From: Macrostomum lignano
Taxonomy: Eukaryota
Direction: 5' to 3'
DNA: 64,000 nt
NCBI GenBank assembly: GCA_002269645.1
Contig: NIVC01000232.1
Span: 381,684 to 445,683 of the forward strand
This document shows positions 11,792 to 23,905 of the stretch, one piece after another. Made by a program: the position numbers and the translations under genes. Numbering within the stretch: position 1 is the stretch's first letter; each line of letters opens with the position of its first letter. The notes beneath the pieces were generated by a model. That model was not told the DNA's origin, did not search any database, and was given only the letters and a program-made list of their open reading frames with translations.

Positions 11792-12499
11792 GTTATACCA
11801 AAACAAAACCTTTGAAGGTCAAAGCTACAGAATGCTTCAGCTGTGGAACTGGCGTCGCACAAAAATCTACTTAAGATAATAACAAATAAATGAAGCACTC
11901 GCCTATTGCACATGGTTGACAGGCACAATAAGATTCCATGCCAGACACAGAGCAGATAGATATTAGGAGTTCAAAGGACTTTGCAGACAGGCACACGGCA
12001 CTGGAATGCTAACAAAAGATAGAAAAAAACACAGCTAAGATTGTACGGCTCGAGTAGACGAGCTGTCAATCAAACTGGACAAAAATCATGCGAATTGACA
12101 ACATCTAGTCTAAGAAATAAATACACAACAAAGAACAAAAAATGTATATAGACAAATATTACCAGATTTGATGTCAATTTGTAAGTAGGCCTGAAAATAA
12201 ATAATGAATTATTTAGCAATGAAAAACTAGACCTAATTCTCTTAGCTCCGATCTTATCACCTTTTTAAAATAAAACTCAAAAGATAAAAATCCGCAAATT
12301 CTCTGGAACTACTACTGACACTCACCGAAAATAAACAGTAGGGCATAACGTGTTTTTTGTATAAGAAGATAACATCCGGTTTTTATGCAAGCTGACGTAT
12401 TTGCGATATTTTAATGTTATAATAATACAAATAATCGATTCTAAATGGCATTCTTAAAAAACACTTTGGGTCGATTCTTCAAATCCTAATAAAGTGATT

Positions 12500-13698
12500 C
12501 TCATGGGGATTCTCAATGAGATTCTCAGGGTGATTCTCAGGGAGATATTCTGAGATTCTCAGGGAGATTCTCAGGGTCAATCTTATCTCAGACAGATTCT
12601 CAGGGAGATTTTCAGGGATATTTTCAGAGAGATTATTAGGGAGATTCTCAAGAAGATGCTCAGGGAGATTGTCAGGAAGATCTCAGGGTGAATCTCAGGG
12701 TCAATCATAGGGAGATTTTCAGGGATATTTTCAGAGAGATTCTCAGGGAGATTCTCAGAGAGATTTTCAGAGGGATTCTCAGGGAGATTCTCAAGAAGAT
12801 GCTCAGGGAGATTGTCAGGAAGATCTCAGGGTGAATCTCAGGGTCAATCATAGGGAGATTTTCAGGGATATTTTCAGAGAGATTCTCAGGGAGATTCTCA
12901 GAGAGATTTTCAGAGGGATTCTCAGGGAGATTCTCAAGAAGATGCTCAGGGAGATTGTCAGGAAGATCTCAGGGTGAATCTCAGGGTCAATCATAGGGAG
13001 ATTTTCAGGGATATTTTCAGAGAGATTCTCAGGGAGATTCTCAGAGAGATTTTCAGAGGGATTCTCAGGGAGATTCTCAAGAAGATGCTCAGGGAGATTG
13101 TCAGGAAGATCTCAGGGTGAATCTCAGGGTCAATCATAGGGAGATTTTCAGGGATATTTTCAGAGAGATTCTCAGGGAGATTCTCAGAGAGATTTTCAGA
13201 GGGATTCTCAGGGAGATTCTCAAGAAGATGCTTAGGGAGATTGTCAGGAAGATCTCAGGGTGAATCTCAGGGTCAATCATAGGGAGATTTTCAGGGATAT
13301 TTTCAGAGAGATTCTCAGGGAGATTCTCAGAGAGATTTTCAGAGGGATTCTCAGGGAGATTCTCAAGAAGATGCTCAGGGAGATTGTCAGGAAGATCTCA
13401 GGGTCAATCATAGGGAGATTTTCAGGGATATTTTCAGAGAGATTCTCAGGGAGATTCTCAGAGAGATTTTCAGAGGGATTCTCAGGGAGATTCTCAAGAA
13501 GATGCTTAGGGAGATTGTCTGGGAGATTCTCAGAGTGAATCTCAGGATCAATCATAGGGAGATTCTCAGGGAGATTTTCAAAGAGATTCTCGGGGAGATT
13601 TTCAAAGAGATTCTCGGGAAGATTCTCAATGAGATTCTCAGGGAGATTCTCAATGAGATTCTCAGGGAGATTCTCAAGATTTTCAGGGAGATTCTCAG
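12500..13698. repeat. 13-bp satellite (gggagattctcag) with a 143-bp higher-order repeat
   Basis: gggtgaatctcagggtcaatcatagg recurs at 12686, 12829, 12972, 13115 and 13258 (period 143 = 11 x 13). Confidence 0.92.
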
Positions 13699-13802
13699 AA
13701 CCAATCAGTGATAAAATAAACGAATCAAATCACCAAATGCATAAAAACAGGCAATAGAATTAAATGGTTTCCATAAACAAACAAACAGCAGAGCAAACTC
13801 AC

Positions 13803-14514
13803 TCCTCTTCTGGCTGGCAGCGTGCATAGCCGCAGTGAGCAGGTCGCAGCTCCGCTGCACCCTCGCCAATCGGTGATCCCTCCGTTTCAATTCTCTAACC
13901 AGCCTAGAAGACACCTGTCCAACCCGAAGCTTCAATTCGCGGACAAGTCTGGTTAATTCTTCTATTGGCAGAGCCAGCAAATCTTCTTTTCTAGAAGCGG
14001 CCGCGGCAGCAACAGCCGAGTGGAGTTCAGTGTCGCTAGGAGTTGAAAAACACCTGTTAGCATTCCGCCTAGCAGCCTGCTGTTGTTTGTACAGCGACAG
14101 GCCGCTTCTAAGAAATCCAAATCTAGACGTGATGGAAGCCGCCGATGCCAGCGCAGCCGCGGCAGCTGCCGCCGTAGCCGCCGACTCATTCGCCGTGTCT
14201 GTGTGCGTGTCCGATTCGAAACTCGAGTCGCCAAAAAATCCGCCAAATCCTCCAGCGCCGCCGCGCCTGCCGCCGTAACCATAGCGACCGCCGCCTCCGC
14301 TGAACTGCAAGCGATCGTAGATGTCAATCAACAGCGACTCGACTGTGGAACTTCGTCTGGCGCTGCCGGTGCCGCTGTCGATCTCGGCTATTCCAGCTAG
14401 AAGATCGGGTTGCTGCCTCTGCTGCTGGTGCTGCTGCGGTGAGGACGCAAAAACGTCATCGCACGAACCGTCGGTTTGAATCAAATCGCTCGACATGCTT
14501 TGCGGCAGTGCCAT
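13803..14514 (-). CDS. TBC1D30: TBC1D30-like coding exon 1 (long N-terminus)
   Basis: MALPQSMSSD...RRSSTVESLLIDIYDR...ELKLRVGQVSSRLVRELKRRDHRLARVQRSCDLLTAAMHAASQKR; A|gtgagt phase-1 donor joins exon 2; coiled-coil segment resembles the long TBC1D30 isoform. Confidence 0.82.
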
Positions 14515-14682
14515 TTTGCCGTTAGTTTCTTTCGCAATTTTTTTACATGCAAGGAAATATGTTAGCAATGCAGTTAATGAATTAGCAAAAGCAGTTTCAC
14601 AAATTTGGACACCCAACCTAATACCCGCACAAGCTTCACAAGCTCGAAAAAGGCTCTACAGCTCGAAGATTTACCAACTCGA

Positions 14683-14905
14683 ATTTTCACAAACTCCAAT
14701 CTTCACAAACTCGAATCTTCACAAACTTAATTCTATACAAAATCGAATCTGCACAAACTCGAATCTTTACCAACTCGAATCTCACAAACTCGAATCTTTA
14801 CAAACTCGAATCTTCACAAATTCGAATCTGCACAAACTTCAAGAAGCTTCACAAACTTGAATCTTCACAAACTAAAATTTTCACAAACTCGAATCTTCAC
14901 AAACT
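14683..14905. repeat. ~16-17-bp repeat (cacaaactcgaatctt) upstream of the TBC1D30 ATG
   Basis: About 12 degenerate units. Confidence 0.85.
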
Positions 14906-15324
14906 TGAATCTTCACAAACTTAAGGCTTCAAATTTTTCTAATTTTTATAGCTTCACAAATAGACTATTTAAAGAAAAAAATGCTCATTAAGTTAGGATA
15001 AAAAACAAGTAAAATGTATTGAAGATTAGTTGGCAATTCTGCTTCTTTTTATGTCTGAAATACAAATTAAAGTCTAAAATAAAAAACTGGTAGGCAACTG
15101 TCGGATAGCCATGCAGATAAAAAATTGAAATAAAGATTTTATTGTAAAAACAATTTTATCAATGGAGATTCTTTAACGCACAAAAAACCTACTATTAGGT
15201 TAGTGAAGCACCTTCAAAAGCCCTGAAAATCTGGAATAACCAGCCTATATATCGGCTGGTTTAGAAGTGTACATTGGGGCAATCTGACACTTTCGATATT
15301 GATCGTAATAAGTGGAATGAGATG

Positions 15325-16070
15325 CCCAGCAACTGAGGATCTGGGAGGCTGGCCCATCAACTGAGGATCTGGGAGGCTGGCCCAGCAACTGAGGATCTGA
15401 GAGGCTGGCCCAGCAACTGAGGATCTGGGAGGCTGGCCCAGCAACTGAGGATCTGGGAGGCTGGCCCAGCAACTGAGGATCTGGGAGGCTGGCCCAGCAA
15501 CTAAGGATATGGGATGCTGGTCCAGTAACTTACACTCTGGGAGGCTGGCCCAGCAACTGGGGATCTGAGAGGCTGGCCCAGCAGCTGAGGATCTGGGAGG
15601 CTGGCCTAGCAACTAAGGATCTGGGAGGCTGGCCCAGCAACTGAGGATCTGGGAGGCTGGCCCAGCAACTGAGGATCTGGGAGGCTGGCCCAGCAACTGA
15701 GGATCTGGGAGGCTGGCCCAGCAACTAAGGATATGGGAGGCTGGTCCAGTAACTTACACTCTGGGAGGCTGGCCCAGCAACTGGGGATGTGAGAGGCTGG
15801 CCCAGCAGCTGAGGATCTGGGAGGCTGGGCCAGCAACTGAGGATCTGGGAGGCTGGCCCAGCAACTGAGGATCTGGGAGGCTGGCCCAGCAACTGAGGAT
15901 CTGGGAGGCTGGCCCAGCAACTGAGGATCTGGGAGGCTGGCCCAGCAACTGGGGATCTGGGAGGCTGACCCAGCAACTGGGGATCTGGGAGGCTGGCCCA
16001 GCAACTGGGGATCTGGGAGGCTGGCTCAGCAACTGGGGATCTGAGAGGCTGGCCTAGCAACTGAGGATTT
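15325..16070. repeat. 28-bp minisatellite family A (tgggaggctggcccagcaactgaggatc), array 1
   Basis: Tandem array downstream of the caspase gene. Confidence 0.95.
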
Positions 16071-16377
16071 GGAAGGTTGTTATACTGATTAAAAATAATG
16101 AAATTCTGCAGAGTAAAAACTGACAGGAAAGTGGCCTGGAATGTACCCTGGCAAAATAGCCACAGGAATGCATAATGAAGTTACAAAAATTATACTGAAA
16201 GAAGCGCAAAAGCAGCAAAAGTGATTTCGAAGAAAGAATTCGTATCTTTTTATAAAAAAACACGCAGTATAAATAGTGAAATTTTTAATATATAAATATA
16301 TTGGAAAACAATGTTATCACAAGGGGACAAAATGAGATTCAAGTTGGACCGATTTTAAAGTTTTTCAATACGTTGAA

Positions 16378-16608
16378 CTATGACTCGCTACTAGGAGCAA
16401 CCCTAGGAAGTTGAGGCGGCAGCTTCGGCCGAAAGTAGAGCAGCTTAGTCAGCTGACTGACCGATACGGGCATCTGCTTCTTACGGCTGGTAGCGGCTCT
16501 GTCTGTCAGGCTCTCGTGACGATTTGAAGCCACTTCGCGTTGTACACTAACCATCAGCTGACTGAACTCATGCCGGGTGCCCCATTGGTCCAGGACACGG
16601 CACAGCTC
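16378..16608 (-). CDS. Effector-type caspase, exon 3 (small subunit C-terminus)
   Basis: Manual translation ELCRVLDQWGTRHEFSQLMVSVQREVAS...KKQMPVSVSQLTKLLYFRPKLPPQLPRVAPSSES*; ttctag acceptor; matches the caspase KQxP...LTKxLYF motif. Confidence 0.85.
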   Translation of the reverse strand, partial: ELCRVLDQWGTRHEFSQLMVSVQREVASNRHESLTDRAATSRKKQMPVSVSQLTKLLYFRPKLPPQLPRVAPSSES

Positions 16609-16669
16609 CTAGAATAATCGGCGATAAAAGAGTGATAGTTTTGAAAGTCAAATTTTTGTTCAAATCAAA

Positions 16670-17765
16670 ATCGAGGATCTGAGATGAGGCGATTCTTAGA
16701 AAATCCCTAATTCAAAACTGAGGATCTGAGATTAGGCGATTCTTAGAAAATTCCAAATTAAAATGGAGGATCTCAGATACGGCGATTCTTAGAAAATTCC
16801 TAATTCAAAACTGAGGGCCTGAGATGAGGCGATTCCTAGAAAATCCCAAATTAAAATTGAGGATCTCAGATAAGGCGATTCCTGGAAAATCCCAAATAAA
16901 ATTGAGGATCTGAGATGAGGCGATTCTAAGAAAATCCCAAATAAAATTGAGGATCTCAGATGAGGCGATTCCTGGAAAATCCCAAATAAAATTGAGGGCC
17001 TGAGATGAGGCGATTCCTGGAAAATCCCAAATTAGAATTGAGGATTTGAGATTAGGCGATTCCTATAAAATCCCAAATCAAAATGGAGGATCTGAGATGA
17101 GGCGATTCTTAGAAAATCCCAAATTAAAATTGAGGATCTGAGATTAGGCGATTCTTAGAAAATTCCAAATTAAAATGGAGGATCTCAGATACGGCGATTC
17201 CTATAAAATCCTCAAATCAGAATGGAGGATCTGAGATGAGGCGATTGTTAGAAAATCCCAAATTAAAATTGAGGATCTGAGATTAGGCGATTCCTATAAA
17301 ATCCTCAAATCAGAATGGAGGATCTGAGATGAGGCGATTGTTAGAAAATTCCAAATTAAAATGGAGGATCTCAGATACGGCGATTCCTATAAAATCCTCA
17401 AATCAGAATGGAGGATCTGAGATGAGGCGATTGTTAGAAAATCCCAAATTAAAATTGAGGATCTGAGATTAGGCGATTCCTATAAAATCCTCAAATCAGA
17501 ATGGAGGATCTGAGATGAGGCGATTGTTAGAAAATTCCAAATTAAAATGGAGGATCTCAGATACGGCGATTCCTATAAAATCCTCAAATCAGAATGGAGG
17601 ATCTGAGATGAGGCGATTGTTAGAAAATCCCAAATTAAAATTGAGGATCTGAGATTAGGCGATTCCTATAAAATCCTCAAATCAGAATGGAGGATCTGAG
17701 ATGAGGCGATTGTTAGAAAATTCCAAATTAAAATTGAGGATCTCAGATGAGGCGATTCCTGGAAA
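16670..17765. repeat. ~46-bp minisatellite (tgaggatctgagatgaggcgattc...aaat) with a 186-bp four-unit higher-order repeat, caspase intron 2
   Basis: gagattaggcgattcctataaaatcctc recurs at about 17279, 17465 and 17651. Confidence 0.9.
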
Positions 17766-17863
17766 ATCCTACAGAAACGTAACTTTAACTACGGTAATGT
17801 ATTTACCAATAAGTATGAAATCATGAAATCATTAATATGACATCAAGGTTACGAAAACCGCAC

Positions 17864-18049
17864 CTGAATGAACCAGGAGCCATACAGAGCATTCTTCCAG
17901 CTAAAATAGCCAGGCGGCGTAGAATAAAAGAAGAAATTATCTGCCTCAATCGGCAGCCGCTGCACCCTCTCCTCCTCCAGATCCTCGTCTTCCGGCAGAT
18001 CGGCGTCCGTTTTTTCAACTCCGTCGTCGAAGGTAAAACCGCGACAGGC
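17864..18049 (-). CDS. Effector-type caspase, exon 2 (catalytic Cys, linker, small subunit start)
   Basis: ACRGFTFDDGVEKTDADLPEDEDLEEERVQRLPIEADNFFFYSTPPGYFSWKNALYGSWFIQ; completes QACRG across a phase-0 intron; ctgcag acceptor, gtgcgg donor. Confidence 0.9.
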
Positions 18050-18199
18050 CTGCAGGGTTTTATGTTGAAATTAGCATTTCTGACTACTCATAAGTAGGAT
18101 GGCTAGGTACTCATAGAAAATTAAAAATATTAAATTTGCTCATAGGCTGAATAAGGTTGGCAGACTTCGCGCGTCTGAGAAGTCTAGCGATTGAGTACA

Positions 18200-18560
18200 G
18201 ATCTGGGAGGCTGACCCAGCAACTGAGGATCTGGGAGGCTGGCCCAGCAACTGGGGATCTGGGAGGCTGGCCCAGCAACTGGGGATCTGGGAGGCTGGCC
18301 CAGCAACTGGGGATCTGGGAGGCTGGCCCAGCAACTGGGGATCTGGGAGGCTGACCCAGCAACTGAGGATCTGGGAGGCTGACCCAGCAACTGGGGATCT
18401 GGGAGGCTGGCCAACAACTGAGGATCTGGGAGGCTGGCCAAGCAACTGAGGATCTGGGAGGTTGTGGCCCAGCAACTGAAAATCTGTGAGGCTGGCCCAG
18501 CAACTGAGGATCTGGGAGGTTGTGGCCCAGCAACTGAGGAATGAATCCTGGGAGGCTGGT
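18200..18560. repeat. 28-bp minisatellite family A, array 2 (caspase intron 1)
   Basis: Same unit and orientation as 15325-16070. Confidence 0.95.
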
Positions 18561-18566
18561 GCTCAC

Positions 18567-18986
18567 CTGGAAGAAGAACAGCTTAGGCTTGCCAATGAGG
18601 CTGGCGCAGTTGTCAGCCCGAAACGGCTTAGTAAGCTCGTCAACCTTCAGCGACCCATCTGTGCAGTAGATGATATCCTGCTCTCCATGCGACATCATGG
18701 CCAGTCCAAAGCAGTCATTGTCGCTGTGGTCCTTCTGGCCGTACTCAGCCAGCAGTCTACGCAGGTCGGCCAGCTTTAAATTTCTAAACGGCAGCACGTT
18801 GAAGCCGAGGATTTTGAAAGTCTCTTCAAGTTTTGCCGCGTCCAAATCAGAGCCTGTGCGCTCCTTTTGCCCGGTTCGCGACTCAAATTTCACCTGGTTG
18901 ATGATTATAAAGAAACCCCGCTTCTTGTGGTCCATGCTGTACTCCAGCGCTGGGTCCAGTGGTGTATTGGGTAGCGGTGCGGTCAT
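18567..18986 (-). CDS. Effector-type caspase (caspase-3/7-like), exon 1 (large subunit)
   Basis: MTAPLPNTP...YSMDHKKRGFFIIINQVKF...ERTGSDLD...CFGLAMMSHGEQDIIYCTDG...LIGKPKLFFFQ|gtgagc. SHG catalytic His. About 278 aa in total with a very short prodomain; an upstream exon is possible (ttag just before the ATG). Confidence 0.92.
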
Positions 18987-19019
18987 TGCTAATTATCACC
19001 ATTAAGGATTGGAGTAGGT

Positions 19020-19675
19020 GTGTTTGAATTGGCTAATTGGTTATCAGGTGTGAAGATTGGGGTTGGTGTATCTTTATTGGCTAATTGGTTATCAGGTGTG
19101 GAGGCTGGGGTGGGTGTGTCTGAATTGGATAATTGGTTATCAGGTGTGGAGGCTGGGGTGGGTGTGTCTGAACTGGCTAATTGGTTATCAGGTGTGGAGG
19201 CTGGGGTGGGTGTGTCTAAACTGGCTAATTGGTTATCAGGTGTGGAGGCTGGGGTGGGTGTGTCTGAACTGGCTAATTGGTTATCAGGTGTGGAGGCTGG
19301 GGTGGGTGTGTCTGAATTGGCTAATGGGTTATCAGGTGTGGAGGCTGGGGTGGGTGTGTCTGAATTGGATAATTGGTTATCAGGTGAGGAGGCTGGGGTG
19401 GGTGTGTCTAAATTGGCTAATGGGTTATCAGGTGTGGAGGCTGGGGTAGGTGTGTCTGAATTGGATAATGGGTTATCAGGTGTGGAGGCTGGGGTAGGTG
19501 TGTCTGAATTGGATAATTGGTTATCAGGTGTGGAGATTGGGGTGGTTGTGTCTAAATTGGCTAATGGGTTATCAGGTGTGGAGATTGGGGTGGGTGTGTT
19601 TGAGTTGGCTAATGGGTTATCAGGTGCAAAGATTGGGGTAGGTGTGTCTGAATGGCTAGTTGGTTATCAGGTGTC
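19020..19675. repeat. 48-bp minisatellite (ggctaattggttatcaggtgtggaggctggggtgggtgtgtctgaatt)
   Basis: About 13 units immediately upstream of the caspase ATG. Confidence 0.95.
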
Positions 19676-20296
19676 CGGTGTTTGAAAATTTTAAGAGGCA
19701 GTTTTTTCGAAAAAAGACACTACGGAAATAGGAACTTTTTATTTTTTCAGCACAAAAATTGTTACTGATTTCGATAGGAGGCAGACCTAATTTTCATCTT
19801 TTTAAATGTTTTGCCTTCTTATAGCTCTATTGATATTCATAAAGCTTTTTTTTATAAAATAGGGTTTTATGTTAATTTTATTTATTCTACGTACATTGTG
19901 CTAGAAATCATAAAAATGCGTGGCCCAGTTTGACTTATTATGGTTTTATGAATGTATTTTATCATCTCTGTTTAAACATACTGTTACACAGTCAGCTAAT
20001 AATCATAAAATAGATTCATAAAACTAATGAGTCGAGCCTTGCAATTTTAATGGTTAATTTTAGGCACAGGATATGTACGTCCATGGATAATTTCTAACAA
20101 TTAAAATGAAAGTTTATATGAAAAGGCATGAAATGAAAAACGCATTGATTTAATAATATATTTAAAAATAAATAAACAGGATGAGTTATAAACTTTCTAT
20201 TCCGAACAGCAGCATATGTACGTAGGCAGTGACAGACACGAGTTTCCGTTTAACATATTATTAATTCTCTAGAGAACACGACACCACGGTAAAGTG

Positions 20297-20724
20297 CAGA
20301 TACTAGAATAACCAGATGGGCCACTCAGCGCATTTGCGTGTAAGCTACTGTCAGTTCAGTAGTAAGTTAAACAGAAAAATATTAATGTATTTTTAAATTC
20401 AAGACTCATTTATTGGCTCTTACCCCCAGCTTAGCTATCCAACCGGCGTACCCCCCCTCCGCCTCGCCCCAATTTTTATTGCTCTAATTTTATCTCGGAA
20501 AATTCCAGCCTAAAGCTGCCATGTACATTTCGGTGGACTGGCTAATGTACATTAGTGCTGAACCAATTAGCAAGCTGTTTACGCCTGCAAGCTTTGGCTT
20601 CTAAGCTTATCAAAGTCATTTCAGCTGCATTTATTTCTATAAAATAGCTTAAGTATTCTTCTTTGTTACTGAACTGAAAGTATAAAGCTGTTTTAGTAAG
20701 TAATATGTACCGTATGTCTGAGTG
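20297..20724. mobile_element. Same MITE family, diverged/truncated copy C
   Basis: Colinear with 11334-11791 (cagatactagaataaccagatgggccactcag ... gaaccaattagcaagctgtttacgcctgcaagc ...); right TIR cut after ctgagtg. Confidence 0.8.
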
Positions 20725-21319
20725 TTAAGTAAAAATTTATAACTGCATACTATATAAACATTGAAAATTCATCAAAACAGAATATTTTACACGTTTGCAA
20801 TATTTAAGAGGGTTGTTAAACAGAATACATAAGATAGCCAACTTACCACGAAGAGTGCAAAAATTATTGAAATAATATTTTAATATTAAATCTGTGCAAC
20901 TTTTACATCACAGAGTATAAAGAAAGTCATCAATTTTAATTTTAGAAAATAATATTTTAAAACTATGACTTTGAGAATATTTACATAGTAGGTTTAAACA
21001 ATATTAATGTGTAAAATTGTGACTAATAGCTTTATTATAACGGATAAACACATTCAGTCTTACACCTATCATATCGAAACATTGTTAAACAAAACAATCA
21101 GCAGATTATCTATGCTAAGCAGAGAAAATTAGGTTCTGTATTTACAATAAAGTGGGCCAGCCGTGCGTTTGATTTCAATCAGACAGTAAAAGACAAAACA
21201 ATGAAAACAGTTTGGCATCCAAATAACATTTTTGAGTTTTTTTCGCAGTTAACACTTTGCATAATGCGAACGATGAATTAATAGAAAAAAATCTCTAATG
21301 GATAGGTAAGGTCCATGAA

Positions 21320-21900
21320 TAACAGGCATAACCGGTGTCTAACAGGTAGAACCGGTGTCTAACGGGTATAGCCGGTGTCTAACAGGTATAACCAGTGTCT
21401 AACAGGTATAACTAGTGTTTAACAGGTAGACCCGGTGTCTAACAGGTAGGGCCAGTGTTAACAGGTAGAACCGGTGTCTAACAGGCATAACCGGTGTCTA
21501 ACAGGTAGAACCGGTGTCTATCAGGTAGAACCGGTGTCTAACGGGTATAGCCGGTGTCTAACAGGTAGAACCAGTGTTTAGCAGCTATAACTAGTGTTAA
21601 CAGGTAGACCGGTGTCTAATAGGTAGAACCAGTGTTTAGCAGCTATAACTAGTGTTAACAGGTAGACCGGTGTCTAATAGGTAGAACCAGTGTTTAGCAG
21701 CTATAACTAGTGTTAACAGGTAGACCGGTGTCTAACAGGTATAACCAGTGTTTAGCAGCTATAACTAGTGTTAACAGGTAGACCGGTGTCTAACAGGTAG
21801 AACCCGTTTCTAACAGGTAGGGCTAGTGTCTAAGAGGTATAAACGGTGTCTAACAAGTCAACCCGGTGTCTAACAGGTACAAAAAGTGTCTAACAGGTAT
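21320..21900. repeat. ~20-bp minisatellite (aacaggtagaaccggtgtct)
   Basis: About 28 degenerate units. Confidence 0.92.
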
Positions 21901-22242
21901 AACTAATGTCCTAAAGGGTAGGAACTCATCTCATAACACATAAACACATTCACACTATAAGTAAATTCGCATCATACAAATAAAAAAAATGAATAATATA
22001 ATATGTAAACTGCGCCCTAAATTTAATTATAGTTACAGATCAAACACCCAGCTGCAAATACACGTTACACAAATATTTTCCTGCTTTTTTAAATTATTAT
22101 TAAAAATGAACCTAATAGGCGATTTCAACAAATTCCATAGACGCCAGTGGGTAATTGGTATATTTTAACATGCACAGTTAAATATTTTACTTTATCCTCA
22201 TTGTCAGTGTACGCATATGGTGGAGGCTATCCCAATAACTAA

Positions 22243-22787
22243 GGATCTGGGAGGCTGGCTCAGCAACTGATGATTTGGGAGGCTGGTCCGGCGACTGACA
22301 CTCTGGGAGGCTGGCCCAGCAACTGACACTCTGGGAGGCTGGCCCAGCAACTGGGGATCTGGGAGGCTAGTCGAACAGCAACCGAGGATCTGGGAGGCTG
22401 GTGGAACAGCAACTGAGGATCTGGGAGGCTGGCTCAGCAACTGAGGATCTGGGAGGCTGGTGGAACAGCAACTGAGGATCTGGGAGGCTGGCCCAACAAC
22501 TGAGGATCTGGGAGGCTGGCCCAACAACTGAGGATCTGGGAGGCTGGCTCAGCAAATGAGGATCTGGGAGGCTGGTGGAACAGCAACTGAGGATCTGGAG
22601 GGCTGGCCCAACAACTGAGGATCTGGGAGGCTGGCTTAGCAACTGAGGATCTGGGAGGCTGAATGGCCCAGCAACTGAGGATCTGGGAGGCTGAATGGCC
22701 CAGCAACTGAGGATCTGGGAGGCTAGTCGAACAGCAACTGAGGATCTGGGAGGCTGAATGGCCCAGCAACTGAGGATCTGGGAGGCT
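22243..22787. repeat. 28-bp minisatellite family A, array 3 (with 31-bp variants)
   Basis: Same core unit; ends exactly at the duplication boundary. Confidence 0.93.
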
Positions 22788-22934
22788 ACCAACAAAGGAT
22801 TTGTATCAAAACTATCAATACACCTGGCTTGTACTTTCTCTTCTACTCCCTATGCATATACAATACATGTTCCCATATTAAATCCCGATTAGCCTTTTAC
22901 AGCGACGATACACTATATGCAAACAAAAATCAGG

Positions 22935-23457
22935 TCAACCAGAATGATCTGACAGTTTCACCGCAACAGAGTCGCCAGTCTGGATGGCATCACCGCCAAC
23001 GCCGGACAAACCGCTGCTACTTGGCTTCGGCGTTGGCTGAACAGTCTTAGTTTGCACCGACAGTCGGGCCACCCCAAACTTGGCATAGGCAAAGATAGCG
23101 GCAATAACAGGGAAGTTCCCAGCACAAACTGCGGACTCAACTGGAAGTTGAACATGTAGATTGAAAATATGCACGCAATGATGATGGCGGCGGATGTTGC
23201 AAATCCTTTAATGATATTGTCGAGATATTTCACTACAACGGCTACTACAAGGCCGCCAACGCTCTGCAGTAAGATGACGAACAGCACCCAGCCGTCGTAA
23301 CCATACAGGAATCCTTTGTTCATCAGCATGGAGCCGTCATTAATATAAGCGGTTGCCACGCCGAATAGCACGCCTTCAAATGCAAGCTGAACATTGCGCC
23401 ACCATAGCGACTTCTCCGTGTTCTTGAGCATGAACTCAAAGTAAACACCAGCGAAGC
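22935..23457 (-). CDS. SLC35A: SLC35A nucleotide-sugar transporter copy 1, exon 3 (1-bp deletion frameshift near 23108)
   Basis: GFAGVYFEFMLKNTEKSLWWRNVQL...VVAVVVKYLDNIIKGFATSAAII; reads taacaggg where copy 2 has taaccaggg, shifting the last TM helix and C-terminus. Confidence 0.82.
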
Positions 23458-23544
23458 CTGCGCGAGTTGGAAGGGCTCTGGGAATGTATCTAACACACGA
23501 AAGTGTATATCTAAAATATGCAACTGTGTATTTAACATATACAA

Positions 23545-23905
23545 TTATGTATCTAACAAGTAAGAGATGTGTCTAACAGGTAAGAGATGTATCTAACAAG
23601 TAAGAGAAGTGTCTAACAGGTAAGAGATGTATCTAACAAGTAAGAGAAGTGTCTAACAGGTAAGATATGTATCTAACAGATAAGAGATGTATCTTAAAGC
23701 CGTAAAAGGTAGGAGAAGTGTCTAACAGATATGTCTATCAGCTGTAAAAGATGTTTCTAACAGATGAGAGATGTGTCTAACAGGTAAGAGTTGTGTCTAA
23801 CAGGTAAGAGATGTGTCTAACAAGTCAGAGATGTGTCTAACAGGTAAGAGATGTGTCTAACAGGTAAGAGATGTGTCTAACAAGTCAGAGATGTGTCGAA
23901 CAGGT
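23545..23905. repeat. 20-bp minisatellite (aacaggtaagagatgtgtct), SLC35A intron 2; duplicated at about 34622-34982
   Basis: Directly visible; shares tgtctaacaggta with the 21320-21900 array. Confidence 0.92.

Noticed and set aside
19020-19685. 221-aa ANWLSGVEAGVGVSEL repeat ORF
   Set aside because: A 48-bp tandem repeat with a non-ATG start and no splice or homology support.
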